Shown one piece after another: positions 1-8,969 of a DNA stretch of 34,149 nucleotides (position 1 is its first letter; each line of letters starts with the position of its first letter). The translations under genes were made by a program, and so were the position numbers. The notes beneath the pieces were generated by a model that was not told the origin of the DNA, made no database searches, and worked only from the letters and a program-made list of their open reading frames with translations. The stretch covers positions 1 through 34,149 of the forward strand of contig JADHNV010000001.1 in assembly GCA_016779285.1 (NCBI GenBank). Direction: 5' to 3'. This DNA comes from SAR86 cluster bacterium (GTDB lineage: Bacteria > Pseudomonadota > Gammaproteobacteria > Magnimaribacterales > D2472).

Positions 1-638
1 CCTGATGGCGGTATGGGAGATTCATATAAAGCAACTGTGTGATGTCTTGGATTGTCACAGTGCATAAAATTTAACTTCACTTCAGGTGCATCAGGAGCTG
101 GCCCCATTGGAAAATTCATATAATCAGAGTCTCCAAAGCCTAATATATCTATATAGAATCTATGTGCAGGCTCTAATTCAGGTGCTGCGAAAACCACATG
201 GCCAAAACCCAGTCCCTCTGTAATAAAGCCCTTTATGTTCTGCGTTGATACAAATGGTTCAGGTGAATCTTTACTTCCATAAGATAACTCCAACCTATTG
301 CCTGCTGGATCAAAGAGTCCAATACACTCATCTACACATCTTAATTTTGCTATTTCATCACCCAAATCTTCATAATCAATGTTGGCTTGGTCTAGCTTAG
401 CCTTAGCCTCGTCGAAAGCAGTCTTATCAGCTAAAGAAAAACCAGCAGCAAGAAACTTCTTTGAATCACCGGTTTTAATATGAAATCTAAAAGATTTTTC
501 ATCCATTCTAAGATAAAGATTCTCCTCATCACTCAGAGAATCATTTTTCATAAGGCCAACAACATCTTTAGCATAATCAGCCCACTCCTGCAGGTTAGTT
601 GTTTCTACAAGCAAATAACTTAAAGATTGAATTTTCAT
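1..638 (-). CDS. Type I extradiol ring-cleavage dioxygenase (VOC superfamily, BphC/HsaC-like), N-terminal ~212 aa; 3' end lies outside the window
   Basis: Not in the supplied ORF track because it runs off the window edge. Hand translation of the minus strand from ATG at 638-636 (AAGGAAG just upstream) is open to position 1: MKIQSLSYLLVETTNLQEWADYAKDVVGLM...GLGFGHVVFAAPELEPAHRFYIDILGF...LNFMHCDNPRHHTVALYE. The two-module VOC layout and the FxHCNxRHH(S/T)xA-type motif are typical of extradiol dioxygenases. Confidence 0.75.
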   Translation of the reverse strand, partial: MKIQSLSYLLVETTNLQEWADYAKDVVGLMKNDSLSDEENLYLRMDEKSFRFHIKTGDSKKFLAAGFSLADKTAFDEAKAKLDQANIDYEDLGDEIAKLRCVDECIGLFDPAGNRLELSYGSKDSPEPFVSTQNIKGFITEGLGFGHVVFAAPELEPAHRFYIDILGFGDSDYMNFPMGPAPDAPEVKLNFMHCDNPRHHTVALYESPIPPS

Positions 639-797
639 TTTGCTTCCTTAGTAAAAAAATAAATCGATATCTTATGTTTTCATTGTTAATTCTATCATTC
701 AATTTATTTATACATAATTATTCATTTATTAATTACGAACTATCATGAAAATTGAGAAAGTATCCATTCTTGGAGATAAATTCTATAAAATAGATCT

Positions 798-1454
798 ATG
801 TCACTAATCAAAGCATTAATTCACCCAGTAACACCCTTCCAACAAAATGCACCCATCTTGTATTGTGAAGTTTCAAGAAAATGCGCCTTCATTGATCCAG
901 GCGGAGACATAGATATTCTTTTAGGCGCAGCAAAAGATAATGAATTAATACCTGAAAAAATTTTTCTCACTCATGGACATGCCGATCATGCTGGCGCAGC
1001 TGCTGAGCTTGCAAAGATCCTTTCATTAGAGATTGAAGGTCCTCACAAAGAGGATTTGTTTCTTCTTGAATCACTTGAATCTCAAGGAAAAATGTTTGGC
1101 ATGGAAGCTCAGAATTGCACCCCTGATAGATGGCTTGAAGATGGAGATGAAGTACAGCTAGGTAATGAAGTCTTAAAAGTTATTTTTTGTCCAGGACACA
1201 CGCCTGGACATATTGTTTTTTATCATCCTGAGTCAAAACTAGCTGCAGTTGGAGATGTTTTATTTCGAGGATCAATAGGGAGAACTGATTTGCCCAGGGG
1301 AAACCATCAAGACTTATTAGATTCAATCACTAAAAAACTTTGGCCACTTGGAGAAGAAATATTATTCATTTCAGGACACGGGCCTGTTTCTACATTTGGA
1401 CAAGAAAGAAAAGACAATGCTTTTGTGGCTGATGCAATTTTGAATCAGGCTTAA
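798..1454 (+). CDS. MBL-fold metallo-hydrolase (glyoxalase II / YcbL-like)
   Basis: 218-aa ORF with metallo-beta-lactamase signature THGHADHAG (HxHxDH) and downstream PGHTPGH. ATG start. Divergent from the dioxygenase gene across a 159-nt AT-rich spacer. Confidence 0.85.
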   Translation: MSLIKALIHPVTPFQQNAPILYCEVSRKCAFIDPGGDIDILLGAAKDNELIPEKIFLTHGHADHAGAAAELAKILSLEIEGPHKEDLFLLESLESQGKMFGMEAQNCTPDRWLEDGDEVQLGNEVLKVIFCPGHTPGHIVFYHPESKLAAVGDVLFRGSIGRTDLPRGNHQDLLDSITKKLWPLGEEILFISGHGPVSTFGQERKDNAFVADAILNQA

Positions 1455-1687
1455 TCAACCCAAAGTTTAACTAATTTTCCTTCATCGTCTTTCATTGAAC
1501 CAGTTACTATTAGGATGAAATCCACTATCCACCAAATACCAAAACCACCGATTGTAATGATAAATAAGATAGCAGAGGCATAACGTCTTAAAAAAAACCT
1601 ATGAGCTCCTAGTGGCCAAGACAAAACTAGAAATAATAAAAATGTTGGCAGAATTCTTTTTTCTGAAATATTAATAATTTCACTCAT
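1451..1687 (-). CDS. TM2 domain-containing small membrane protein
   Basis: 78 aa with two hydrophobic helices and TM2-type core LGAHRFFL...GIWWIVDFILI. Its ATG overlaps the SDR stop (ATGAGTGA, 1680-1687), with GGAGG 5 nt upstream. Confidence 0.8.
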   Translation of the reverse strand: MSEIINISEKRILPTFLLFLVLSWPLGAHRFFLRRYASAILFIITIGGFGIWWIVDFILIVTGSMKDDEGKLVKLWVD

Positions 1688-2477
1688 ATCGACCTCCTGC
1701 CAATCTTGAGCTCATCTTAATAACAATAGTGGTTGGTAAAATATTACAAAGAAATGCCAATGCCTTATTTAGCAATCCTGGCACCCAAACACTTTTACCA
1801 TTCATCAATGCTTGTACAGCTCCAATGGCGACAGTCTTTGAATCTTTTTTCATAAAAGCTGGAACTTTATCCATAGCATCTTGCATTCCACTGGCGGAAT
1901 GAAACTCTGTGACAGTAAATCCTGGACATACATTTGTAGCAGTAATGCCATGAGAGCGATAATTAATATTAATTGCATCTCCAAATCTATTCACAAAAGT
2001 TTTAACAGGACCATAAAGGGCTCCCCAGCCAGATGAAGGCGGCGCGAAAGAGGCAAGGGAAGATACCATCATAATTTTTCCATGTTTTTGCGCCAGCATG
2101 GATGGAATAAATTTTTTTGTAAGAGCTACAACTGCAATGCCTAATACTCTGAGAAATTTTTCTTCCTCGTCCTCTTCAGTTTCATGAAACTTTTTATTGA
2201 TGCTGTAACCAGCATTATTTATCAAGATTTCAACAGTGTAATTACTATCTCTGCAGAAATTATAAATTTTTTCTGGGGCTGAGACTTCAGCTAAATCTGC
2301 TACTACATAATCACATTGAATATCAAATTCCTCTTTCAATAAGATAGATATGTCTCTAAGCCTATCCTCTCTTCTTGCTGTAAGAATAATATTGTTGCCA
2401 AGTTTGGCAAGTTCTTTAGCAATTTCCAAACCTATACCAGCAGTTGCTCCAGTCACTAGCGCGTATTTATCATTCAT
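1680..2477 (-). CDS. Short-chain dehydrogenase/reductase (classical SDR)
   Basis: 265 aa; TGATAGIG (TGxxxGxG) cofactor motif, NNAG, and Ser...YGPVK (YxxxK) catalytic motif. GGAG 5 nt upstream of the ATG. Confidence 0.9.
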   Translation of the reverse strand: MNDKYALVTGATAGIGLEIAKELAKLGNNIILTARREDRLRDISILLKEEFDIQCDYVVADLAEVSAPEKIYNFCRDSNYTVEILINNAGYSINKKFHETEEDEEEKFLRVLGIAVVALTKKFIPSMLAQKHGKIMMVSSLASFAPPSSGWGALYGPVKTFVNRFGDAININYRSHGITATNVCPGFTVTEFHSASGMQDAMDKVPAFMKKDSKTVAIGAVQALMNGKSVWVPGLLNKALAFLCNILPTTIVIKMSSRLAGGRYE

Positions 2478-2495
2478 AAAATCTCCTTAATTATT

Positions 2496-2969
2496 TTAAA
2501 AATCTCTAATTTTTAATCTTAGTTCATATGGAACTGGACCAGTTTGATCATGTGCACGCTTAATAGCTATAACTTTATCAAGACGCTCAGAGCTCATTGG
2601 CGCAATTTTTCTTTTATTCATATCAATATGACCCTCAACCGTTTCATACATTGCTGAAATAATTCCATCTTTATCAAATAAAGCACCTATCATATGAAAC
2701 AGCTTTTCGTTTACGTTATAAAGCCTAAATGCAGGAAATACTTGATCGCCTAGTAAGAATTCTTTTTTGAACCTGTAGTTGTCTTCAAGTGTAAAGCTGG
2801 AAAATCCACTTTTTAGATATTCATCATTAAAGCCAAAGTCTTGGTTGGTAAATTCCCACCCCTGCTCAAATACTTCCTTAATAAAATTTACATTCATATG
2901 GCCGTTAAAATCACACATTTCTTTTGTCACCTCTACGGTCTTACCAATATATGGAAATAAATTCTTCAT
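2496..2969 (-). CDS. Hotdog-fold thioesterase-like protein (tentative)
   Basis: 157-aa soluble ORF, 18 nt upstream of the SDR gene on the same strand. It resembles 4HBT/acyl-CoA-thioesterase-like hotdog proteins in overall pattern only; I cannot name a diagnostic motif. Confidence 0.5.
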   Translation of the reverse strand: MKNLFPYIGKTVEVTKEMCDFNGHMNVNFIKEVFEQGWEFTNQDFGFNDEYLKSGFSSFTLEDNYRFKKEFLLGDQVFPAFRLYNVNEKLFHMIGALFDKDGIISAMYETVEGHIDMNKRKIAPMSSERLDKVIAIKRAHDQTGPVPYELRLKIRDF

Positions 2970-3101
2970 ATTTTATTATTAATTATTTAAAAGATTGGAT
3001 TGTGGAGAAGTGGAAGTAAATTTGCAAATCAAAAATTATGTCTTTGCATTGATATTAAGTACAATGACAATCATCACCCCGTTGATTATATTTTTAAAAA
3101 T

Positions 3102-4400
3102 TTGGAAAAAACCTCTCAACCAAAAGATCAAAGAGCCATAATTGTTTCAATTGATCTATTAAGATCTCAGCAAGAACATCTAGAACAATTTAACTCTAAT
3201 GAATTTGTTGAGCTTGCTAAATCGTCAGGATTAAAAGTTGAGCATCATATTTTTTCTAAGCAAAACTTTGTAGCGGCCAGTCATTTCCTTACTAAGGGCA
3301 AGGCTGATGAGCTAAAACATATCGTCGAATCAGAAAATATTAAGCTGGTTGTTTTAGATTGTGAGCTCTCGCCCTCTCAAGAAAGAAATTTAGAAAAATT
3401 ATTATGTGCGCGAGTGTTAGATAGAACAGGTCTTATCTTGGATATTTTTGCAGCCAGAGCTCAAAGTGATATCGGGAAACTACAAGTGGAACTTGCTCAA
3501 CTAAGCTTTCTGTCCACTCGATTAGTTAGAGGCTGGAGTCACCTTGAAAGACAAAAAGGAGGAATAGGTTTAAGAGGCCCTGGGGAAACTCAACTTGAAA
3601 CTGACAGAAGATTGATAGGAAACAGAATTAAACAACTCAAAAAAAGATTAGATAAGCAGCACAATCAAAAAAATTTAAATAGATACTCCAGAAAAAAAGG
3701 TACAAACAAATTAGTTGCTTTGGTTGGGTATACAAATGCTGGAAAAACTTCGCTATTTAATTTATTAACAAAAGGCGGTCTTGACGCTGAGGACAAATTA
3801 TTTGCAACATTGGATACTACAACAAGACGCTCAAACTTTAAGTTTCAAACTCCAGAGACAGTGCTTTTTTCCGATACTGTTGGATTTATATCTAATCTTC
3901 CAACCAAATTAGTTGAATCCTTTAAAGCTACCCTGGATGATTTGGCATCTGCTGATCTTTTAATTCACGTCATTGATGCCGCTGACCCTAATAGAGATAT
4001 TAAAATCAAAGAAGTGGATTTAATTCTTGAGGAATTAGGTGTTACTTCCATGCCGCAAATTAGAGCATTAAATAAAATTGATTTAATGAAAAATGAAGAT
4101 ATATGGCCAGCAAATAATCTTTATCCTGAGGTCAAAATATCAAGTGTTACTGGAGAGGGGCTTGAAGATTTAAAAAACATAGTTTCCGAGAGCCTATTTG
4201 GGAATCTTCTATCAGGATGGGTTCAATTTTCTCCCATTCAGGCATCGGTTCGTTCAAAGTTATTTGATTCTGGATGCATCATAGAAGAAAAACTAGATTC
4301 TAGAGGACAATATCAATCATTGGTTTCAATTTCACAAAGCATGCTTGAGCAATTTGAAGAAATTGAAGTTTTCAAAAATTTGAAGCCCTCTCATCTTTAA
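3102..4400 (+). CDS. hflX: Ribosome-associated GTPase HflX
   Basis: HflX N-domain motifs (LSPSQERNLEK, DRTGLILDIFAARA, KLQVELAQL, RGPGETQLETDRR) and G domain (GYTNAGKTSLFN, DTVGF, NKID). The ORF is open from 3000 but has no in-frame ATG for more than 350 codons. Alignment with the E. coli HflX N-terminus favours TTG at 3102; the start is uncertain (3000 is the alternative). Confidence 0.9.
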   Translation: MEKTSQPKDQRAIIVSIDLLRSQQEHLEQFNSNEFVELAKSSGLKVEHHIFSKQNFVAASHFLTKGKADELKHIVESENIKLVVLDCELSPSQERNLEKLLCARVLDRTGLILDIFAARAQSDIGKLQVELAQLSFLSTRLVRGWSHLERQKGGIGLRGPGETQLETDRRLIGNRIKQLKKRLDKQHNQKNLNRYSRKKGTNKLVALVGYTNAGKTSLFNLLTKGGLDAEDKLFATLDTTTRRSNFKFQTPETVLFSDTVGFISNLPTKLVESFKATLDDLASADLLIHVIDAADPNRDIKIKEVDLILEELGVTSMPQIRALNKIDLMKNEDIWPANNLYPEVKISSVTGEGLEDLKNIVSESLFGNLLSGWVQFSPIQASVRSKLFDSGCIIEEKLDSRGQYQSLVSISQSMLEQFEEIEVFKNLKPSHL

Positions 4401-4416
4401 AAAGAATGTCCAAACC

Positions 4417-6012
4417 ATGCCTCGTCAACAAAAACTAATAGATGCAATCATAATAGGTGGTGGACATAATGGTTTGGTCTGTGCCTACTATTTGGCAAAA
4501 AAAGGTTTAAAAGTAAATCTCTACGAAAAGAGATCTATTGTAGGAGGTGCTGCAGTAACTGAGGAGTTTCATCCTGGATTTAGAAATTCGGTCGCAAGTT
4601 ATACAGTTAGTCTTTTAAATCCAACAATCATTCAAGAAATGAATCTTAAGGAATATGGGCTAGAGATTGTAAAACGCCCTATCTCAAATTTTCTTCCGTT
4701 AGATCAAACAACTTATTTAAAACTTGGTGGTGGATTGGAAAGAACACAAGAAGAGTTTAGAAAATTTTCTAAAAAAGATGCTGAGCAATTACCTGAATAT
4801 TATTATCGACTTGAAGCTGTTGCTGATGTTCTTAGAGATCTTTCAATTAAAACACCGCCAAATCCAAAACAAGGTTTAAGGGCTGCTTTGGATGCAGCAT
4901 TGCAACTTTGGCCTATAGCCACCAAGGGCAATCAAGTGCACAAAGATGTTTACAATCTTCTTACTAAAAGTGCTCGCTCATTTCTTGATTCATGGTTTGA
5001 AAGCGAGCATGTGAAAGCTGCGTTTGGCTTTGATTCAATCGTTGGAAATTTTGCTAGCCCAGATACACCTGGCTCAGCCTATGTTTTATTGCATCATGTG
5101 TTTGGAGAGGTTGATGGGGAGAAAGGAGCTTGGGGGCATGCCATGGGCGGCATGGGTGCAATTACTCAGGCCATGGAAAAAGCATGCAGAGAGAAAGGGG
5201 TTAAAATCTTTACTGACGCTTCTGTAAATAAGGTAATTATTGAGGATGGTGTCGCTAAGGGCATTCAACTTGAGAATGGTGATCTCATTAAAGGTAAAAG
5301 AATAGTCTCTAACCTCAATCCAAAATTACTTTACAAGAAGTTAATATCAGAAAATGAGCTAGATCCAGATTTTAATCGCAGTATGGATGGTTATAAGTGC
5401 GGATCAGGTACTTTTAGAATGAATGTTGCTCTTTCAGAATTACCAGATTTTCTTGCATTGCCTGGCAAAGAAATGGCTGAACATCATCAAAGCGGAATTG
5501 TCATAGCGCCAACGCTTGATTATATGGATAAAGCCTATTTAGATGCTAAAAGTGATGGGTGGTCTAAAGAGCCAATTATAGAAATATTAATTCCTTCAAC
5601 TCTAGATAGCTCTTTAGCTCCAGAGGGTAAGCATGTTGCATCTTTATTCTGTCAACAATTCTCTCCGGCCCTGCCAGATGGTTCATCTTGGCATGATCAC
5701 AGGTTGTCTGCAGCTGATACTATCATTGAGACTGTAACAAAACATGCTCCAAACTTTAGAGAATCAATTTTAGGAATGATGATTCTGTCACCTTTAGATT
5801 TAGAGGAAAAATTTGGGCTTATTGGAGGTGATATTATGCATGGACAAATGTCCCTAGATCAAATGTGGGCTGCTCGCCCCTTGATGAATTATGGAAACTA
5901 TAGAGGACCATTAAAATCCCTTTATATGTGTGGCTCAGGAACTCATCCTGGTGGAGGTGTTACAGGCCTTCCCGGAAAAAATGCAGCCAGAGAAATTTTA
6001 AAAGACGGATAA
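4417..6012 (+). CDS. FAD-dependent oxidoreductase, phytoene desaturase (CrtI-like, COG1233) family
   Basis: 531 aa; N-terminal dinucleotide fold IIIGGGHNGL...YEKR..VGG and C-terminal GSGTHPGGGVTG, typical of the family. Substrate not inferable. Lies 16 nt after hflX. Confidence 0.85.
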   Translation: MPRQQKLIDAIIIGGGHNGLVCAYYLAKKGLKVNLYEKRSIVGGAAVTEEFHPGFRNSVASYTVSLLNPTIIQEMNLKEYGLEIVKRPISNFLPLDQTTYLKLGGGLERTQEEFRKFSKKDAEQLPEYYYRLEAVADVLRDLSIKTPPNPKQGLRAALDAALQLWPIATKGNQVHKDVYNLLTKSARSFLDSWFESEHVKAAFGFDSIVGNFASPDTPGSAYVLLHHVFGEVDGEKGAWGHAMGGMGAITQAMEKACREKGVKIFTDASVNKVIIEDGVAKGIQLENGDLIKGKRIVSNLNPKLLYKKLISENELDPDFNRSMDGYKCGSGTFRMNVALSELPDFLALPGKEMAEHHQSGIVIAPTLDYMDKAYLDAKSDGWSKEPIIEILIPSTLDSSLAPEGKHVASLFCQQFSPALPDGSSWHDHRLSAADTIIETVTKHAPNFRESILGMMILSPLDLEEKFGLIGGDIMHGQMSLDQMWAARPLMNYGNYRGPLKSLYMCGSGTHPGGGVTGLPGKNAAREILKDG

Positions 6013-6014
6013 AC

Positions 6015-7385
6015 TTAAACGGAAGATATCTTAGGCTCCAAAGTTGCAAAATAATCTTTGGCTTTTTCAATCACTTTTGGCGCCAGCCAAACTGATGAAA
6101 CTAATGTTGGTATTGCCATAAATGCAAATGACAGATCAATTACAGCAATGGCAGTCTTTACAGGTATTACTGCAAAGACTACAACAAAGAAAACAATGAC
6201 CCACTGATAAACTTGTACTCCTTTTTTACCAAATAAAAATTGCGCGCAAGCGGAGCCATAAAATGAATAAGTAAAGATGGTGCTGGCTCCAAAGCTAACT
6301 ACGCAAACAAGTAAAATTGCATATCCAACGGGGCCAAGAAGAACACTGAATGCTTCAGCAGTTAATTTAACACCCTCAACACCTGAGCCTACATTTAACC
6401 AAACGCCTGAAATGATAATTAATAATGCAGTCGAGGTGCACATTATCAAAGTATCAAAAATAGGTCCAAGCATGGCAACTAAACCTTGTTTAACTGGATT
6501 TGAGGTCTTGGCAGCACCATGAACTAGTGATTCTGTTCCAATACCTGCCTCATTAGAATGAGCGCTTCTTTTAACACCCATAATAATTACAGCAATAACA
6601 CTTCCTCCAGCGACTGCAGAGCCTGTAAAAGCATCTTTGATAATAATTTGAAATGCAGGAATGACCGCATCAAAATTTAATAATAACGCAACCATGATAG
6701 AGCCAAAATATAAGATGCTCATTGAAGGCACAAGCCATTGAGAAACTTTTGCTATTCTTACCAAGCCACCAAAAATTATAGCTCCAGTGACTGTAGCTAA
6801 AACAATTCCAGCTATTAAATTAAAGTATTTAAAATCAAAAATAGGTATAGTTTCAAGCATTTGAACCATCTGGTTACTTTGAAACCCTGGTAAAGCACCA
6901 ATTAAGCCAGCGGCTGCAAAAAAATATGCCAATGGCATCATTGACTTAGGCAACGCGTTTTTAATGATGTACATTGGTCCGCTTCGAACTGTCCCATCCT
7001 CATCCACGTCTCGATACATCACAGATAAGGTACAAGTAAAAAATTTAGTTGCTATACCAACAATTGCAGTCACCCACATCCAAAAAATTACTCCTGGTCC
7101 TCCGTAACCAATAGCAAGCGCAACACCAGAAATATTCCCAAGACCAATGGTTCCAGATAATGCTGTAGTTAAGGCTTGAAAATGAGAAACTTCTCCAATG
7201 TCTTCTTGTTTTGAGTGCTTGCCCCTTATTAAATCAAAGGCATGACGAAGATATTTAAAAGGGGTGAGTTTTGAGAAAATAAAAAAGTATACTCCTGCGC
7301 CAACTAAAAACGGAGCATTCCACTCCCAAACAAAATCAGAAAAATTAATAATTAATTTAGAAATATGGGAGATCAGATTTTCCAT
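6015..7385 (-). CDS. Alanine/glycine:cation symporter (AGCS family)
   Basis: 456-aa polytopic membrane protein with AGCS-type motifs GYGGPGVIFWMW and SNEAGIGTES. Confidence 0.9.
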   Translation of the reverse strand: MENLISHISKLIINFSDFVWEWNAPFLVGAGVYFFIFSKLTPFKYLRHAFDLIRGKHSKQEDIGEVSHFQALTTALSGTIGLGNISGVALAIGYGGPGVIFWMWVTAIVGIATKFFTCTLSVMYRDVDEDGTVRSGPMYIIKNALPKSMMPLAYFFAAAGLIGALPGFQSNQMVQMLETIPIFDFKYFNLIAGIVLATVTGAIIFGGLVRIAKVSQWLVPSMSILYFGSIMVALLLNFDAVIPAFQIIIKDAFTGSAVAGGSVIAVIIMGVKRSAHSNEAGIGTESLVHGAAKTSNPVKQGLVAMLGPIFDTLIMCTSTALLIIISGVWLNVGSGVEGVKLTAEAFSVLLGPVGYAILLVCVVSFGASTIFTYSFYGSACAQFLFGKKGVQVYQWVIVFFVVVFAVIPVKTAIAVIDLSFAFMAIPTLVSSVWLAPKVIEKAKDYFATLEPKISSV

Positions 7386-7420
7386 GGATTTAATTTTAAA
7401 AGTATATTTCTATTGTAGAA

Positions 7421-8728
7421 CTATCCAAAGTGTTCTGCATGAAAATCTTGAATGTCTGGATCAACTAAAGCATCTCTAACTTTAAGTTCTCTATATAAAT
7501 TCAAGGAGTCCAAAGTTTTGCATCTACTAAGTGCAACATATGCTTGACCGGTAGCAAAAGCTCCATCCCCAAGATCAACAGAGCAACTTTCAAGGGTTAA
7601 ACCTTGAGCCTTATGAATAGTAACTGCCCACCCTAATTTCAGTGGAAATTGCTTAAAAGATGAAACAACCTCTTCTTCCATTTCATCATTAAATTCATCA
7701 TAGACATACCTAACTTTATTCCATTCTTCTCTCTTAACCTTATGTACCTCTGTGCCAACTTTTACTTTGATAACTTTCTTGTTTTTATCTGAGCAATCTA
7801 TCACAACCCCAATTGTTCCATTTACCCATCTTCCATCAGGATCATTTTTGATAAACATGACTTTGGCACCTTCTTTAACGCGAAGTTCTCTAGGGGCCGG
7901 CAGATCATTTTCATTGAGTTCACCTTGCTCTTTTGATTTTGCAGCAGTAGCTGGACCATCTATCAAATTTAACATCTCCTCATTAATTTGTTCGGCACGA
8001 TATTTTCTTGAGGTAATAATTAATGAAGATTCAGTATTAAATTCAGGATTATGGCAGGTCTGATTAATTTTCTTGATCGAGGCTTCAAGGTTCTGACCAA
8101 GTCGAACATTATTTAGTAAATCATAAAACTCTTTATCATCTTGTTGTCTGAAGGAGCTCTCCAATTCAAAAAAAGATGGCTTTTTAATGGCTTTAAAATT
8201 ATCTGCACTAAAAAAATATACTGATTCATATCTTTCAAAAATTGCAGTTTCCTCATTCTCTTTAACTACCGGAGGTAACTGAAATAAATCACCGCAAGCA
8301 AGGACATGTATTCCACCAAATGGCTTAGATGAATTGCGATGTATTTGAAGAGTTTCTGAAATAGCATCAAGCATTGGTGCTCGCACCATAGAAATTTCAT
8401 CAATAATTAGTAACTCAAGGTTTTTTAATAATTTTTTAAAACGCGGATCCTTTGATTCTTGAATAACCGGAAAGGTATCAAAGCCAATTCTAAATGCTGA
8501 ATTAATAGTGCTCCCCCCAATATTCAATGCCGCAACTCCCGTTGGAGCAACAACCATTTTTTTAAGTAAGCACTCATCTTTAACTCTCTCTATCAGAGTT
8601 GTTTTACCAGTTCCGGCTGCGCCAGTTAAATAAATAAAATGCTGAGTATCTTCATCTAGCAACTCTAAGATATCATCAAGCGTATTTTCGAATGCAGAGA
8701 CAGGATTTTCTGAATTTAGTCGGCTCAT
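7421..8728 (-). CDS. Pif1-like SF1B DNA helicase (RecD/Dda-like)
   Basis: 435 aa; Walker A GAAGTGKTT, motif Ia APTGVAALNIGG, Walker B LLIIDEISMV, motif III ACGDLFQLPPV, FRQ motif, an SH3-like insert, and C-terminal TIHKAQGLT...YVALSRC. Size and architecture match compact bacterial Pif1 helicases. Confidence 0.85.
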   Translation of the reverse strand: MSRLNSENPVSAFENTLDDILELLDEDTQHFIYLTGAAGTGKTTLIERVKDECLLKKMVVAPTGVAALNIGGSTINSAFRIGFDTFPVIQESKDPRFKKLLKNLELLIIDEISMVRAPMLDAISETLQIHRNSSKPFGGIHVLACGDLFQLPPVVKENEETAIFERYESVYFFSADNFKAIKKPSFFELESSFRQQDDKEFYDLLNNVRLGQNLEASIKKINQTCHNPEFNTESSLIITSRKYRAEQINEEMLNLIDGPATAAKSKEQGELNENDLPAPRELRVKEGAKVMFIKNDPDGRWVNGTIGVVIDCSDKNKKVIKVKVGTEVHKVKREEWNKVRYVYDEFNDEMEEEVVSSFKQFPLKLGWAVTIHKAQGLTLESCSVDLGDGAFATGQAYVALSRCKTLDSLNLYRELKVRDALVDPDIQDFHAEHFG

Positions 8729-8833
8729 GCAATTGAAAGAATAAGAGAATGTATTAAAAGATTTTAACAGCTACTCTGCTATTTAATAAATAGAAAGCCT
8801 GAAAGGGTTTAAATTGATAAGGTTTGAAAGTGC

Positions 8834-8924
8834 TGGCGGAGAGTGAGGGATTCGAACCCTCGATACAGTATACCCATATACCTCCTTAGCAGGGAGGCGC
8901 TTTCGACCACTCAGCCAACTCTCC
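8834..8924 (-). tRNA. tRNA-Ser (anticodon GCU), type II with long variable arm, encoded CCA
   Basis: Minus-strand read: GGAGAGT acceptor / ACTCTCC-G-CCA; anticodon stem-loop CCTCC-CTGCTAA-GGAGG; long variable region; T arm GAGGG-TTCGAAT-CCCTC. Confidence 0.9.
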
Positions 8925-8969
8925 GATTTTCGAACAGGAATTATAACGCTTTAAAACGATAAAATAATG

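Noticed and set aside
8779-8793. Palindrome CTATTTA-A-TAAATAG between tRNA-Ser and the helicase start
   Set aside because: The 7-nt arms are almost entirely A/T in an AT-rich spacer, so it is easily expected by chance. It makes neither a convincing terminator (no G:C stem, no T-tract) nor a recognisable operator.
8729-8969. Genomic island integrated at tRNA-Ser (and likewise at tRNA-Asn, 23180-23536)
   Set aside because: No integrase, no transposase, and no direct repeat of the tRNA 3' end that I can find by eye within the neighbouring kilobases. Composition looks like the rest of the window. Only the orphan helicase finding is retained.
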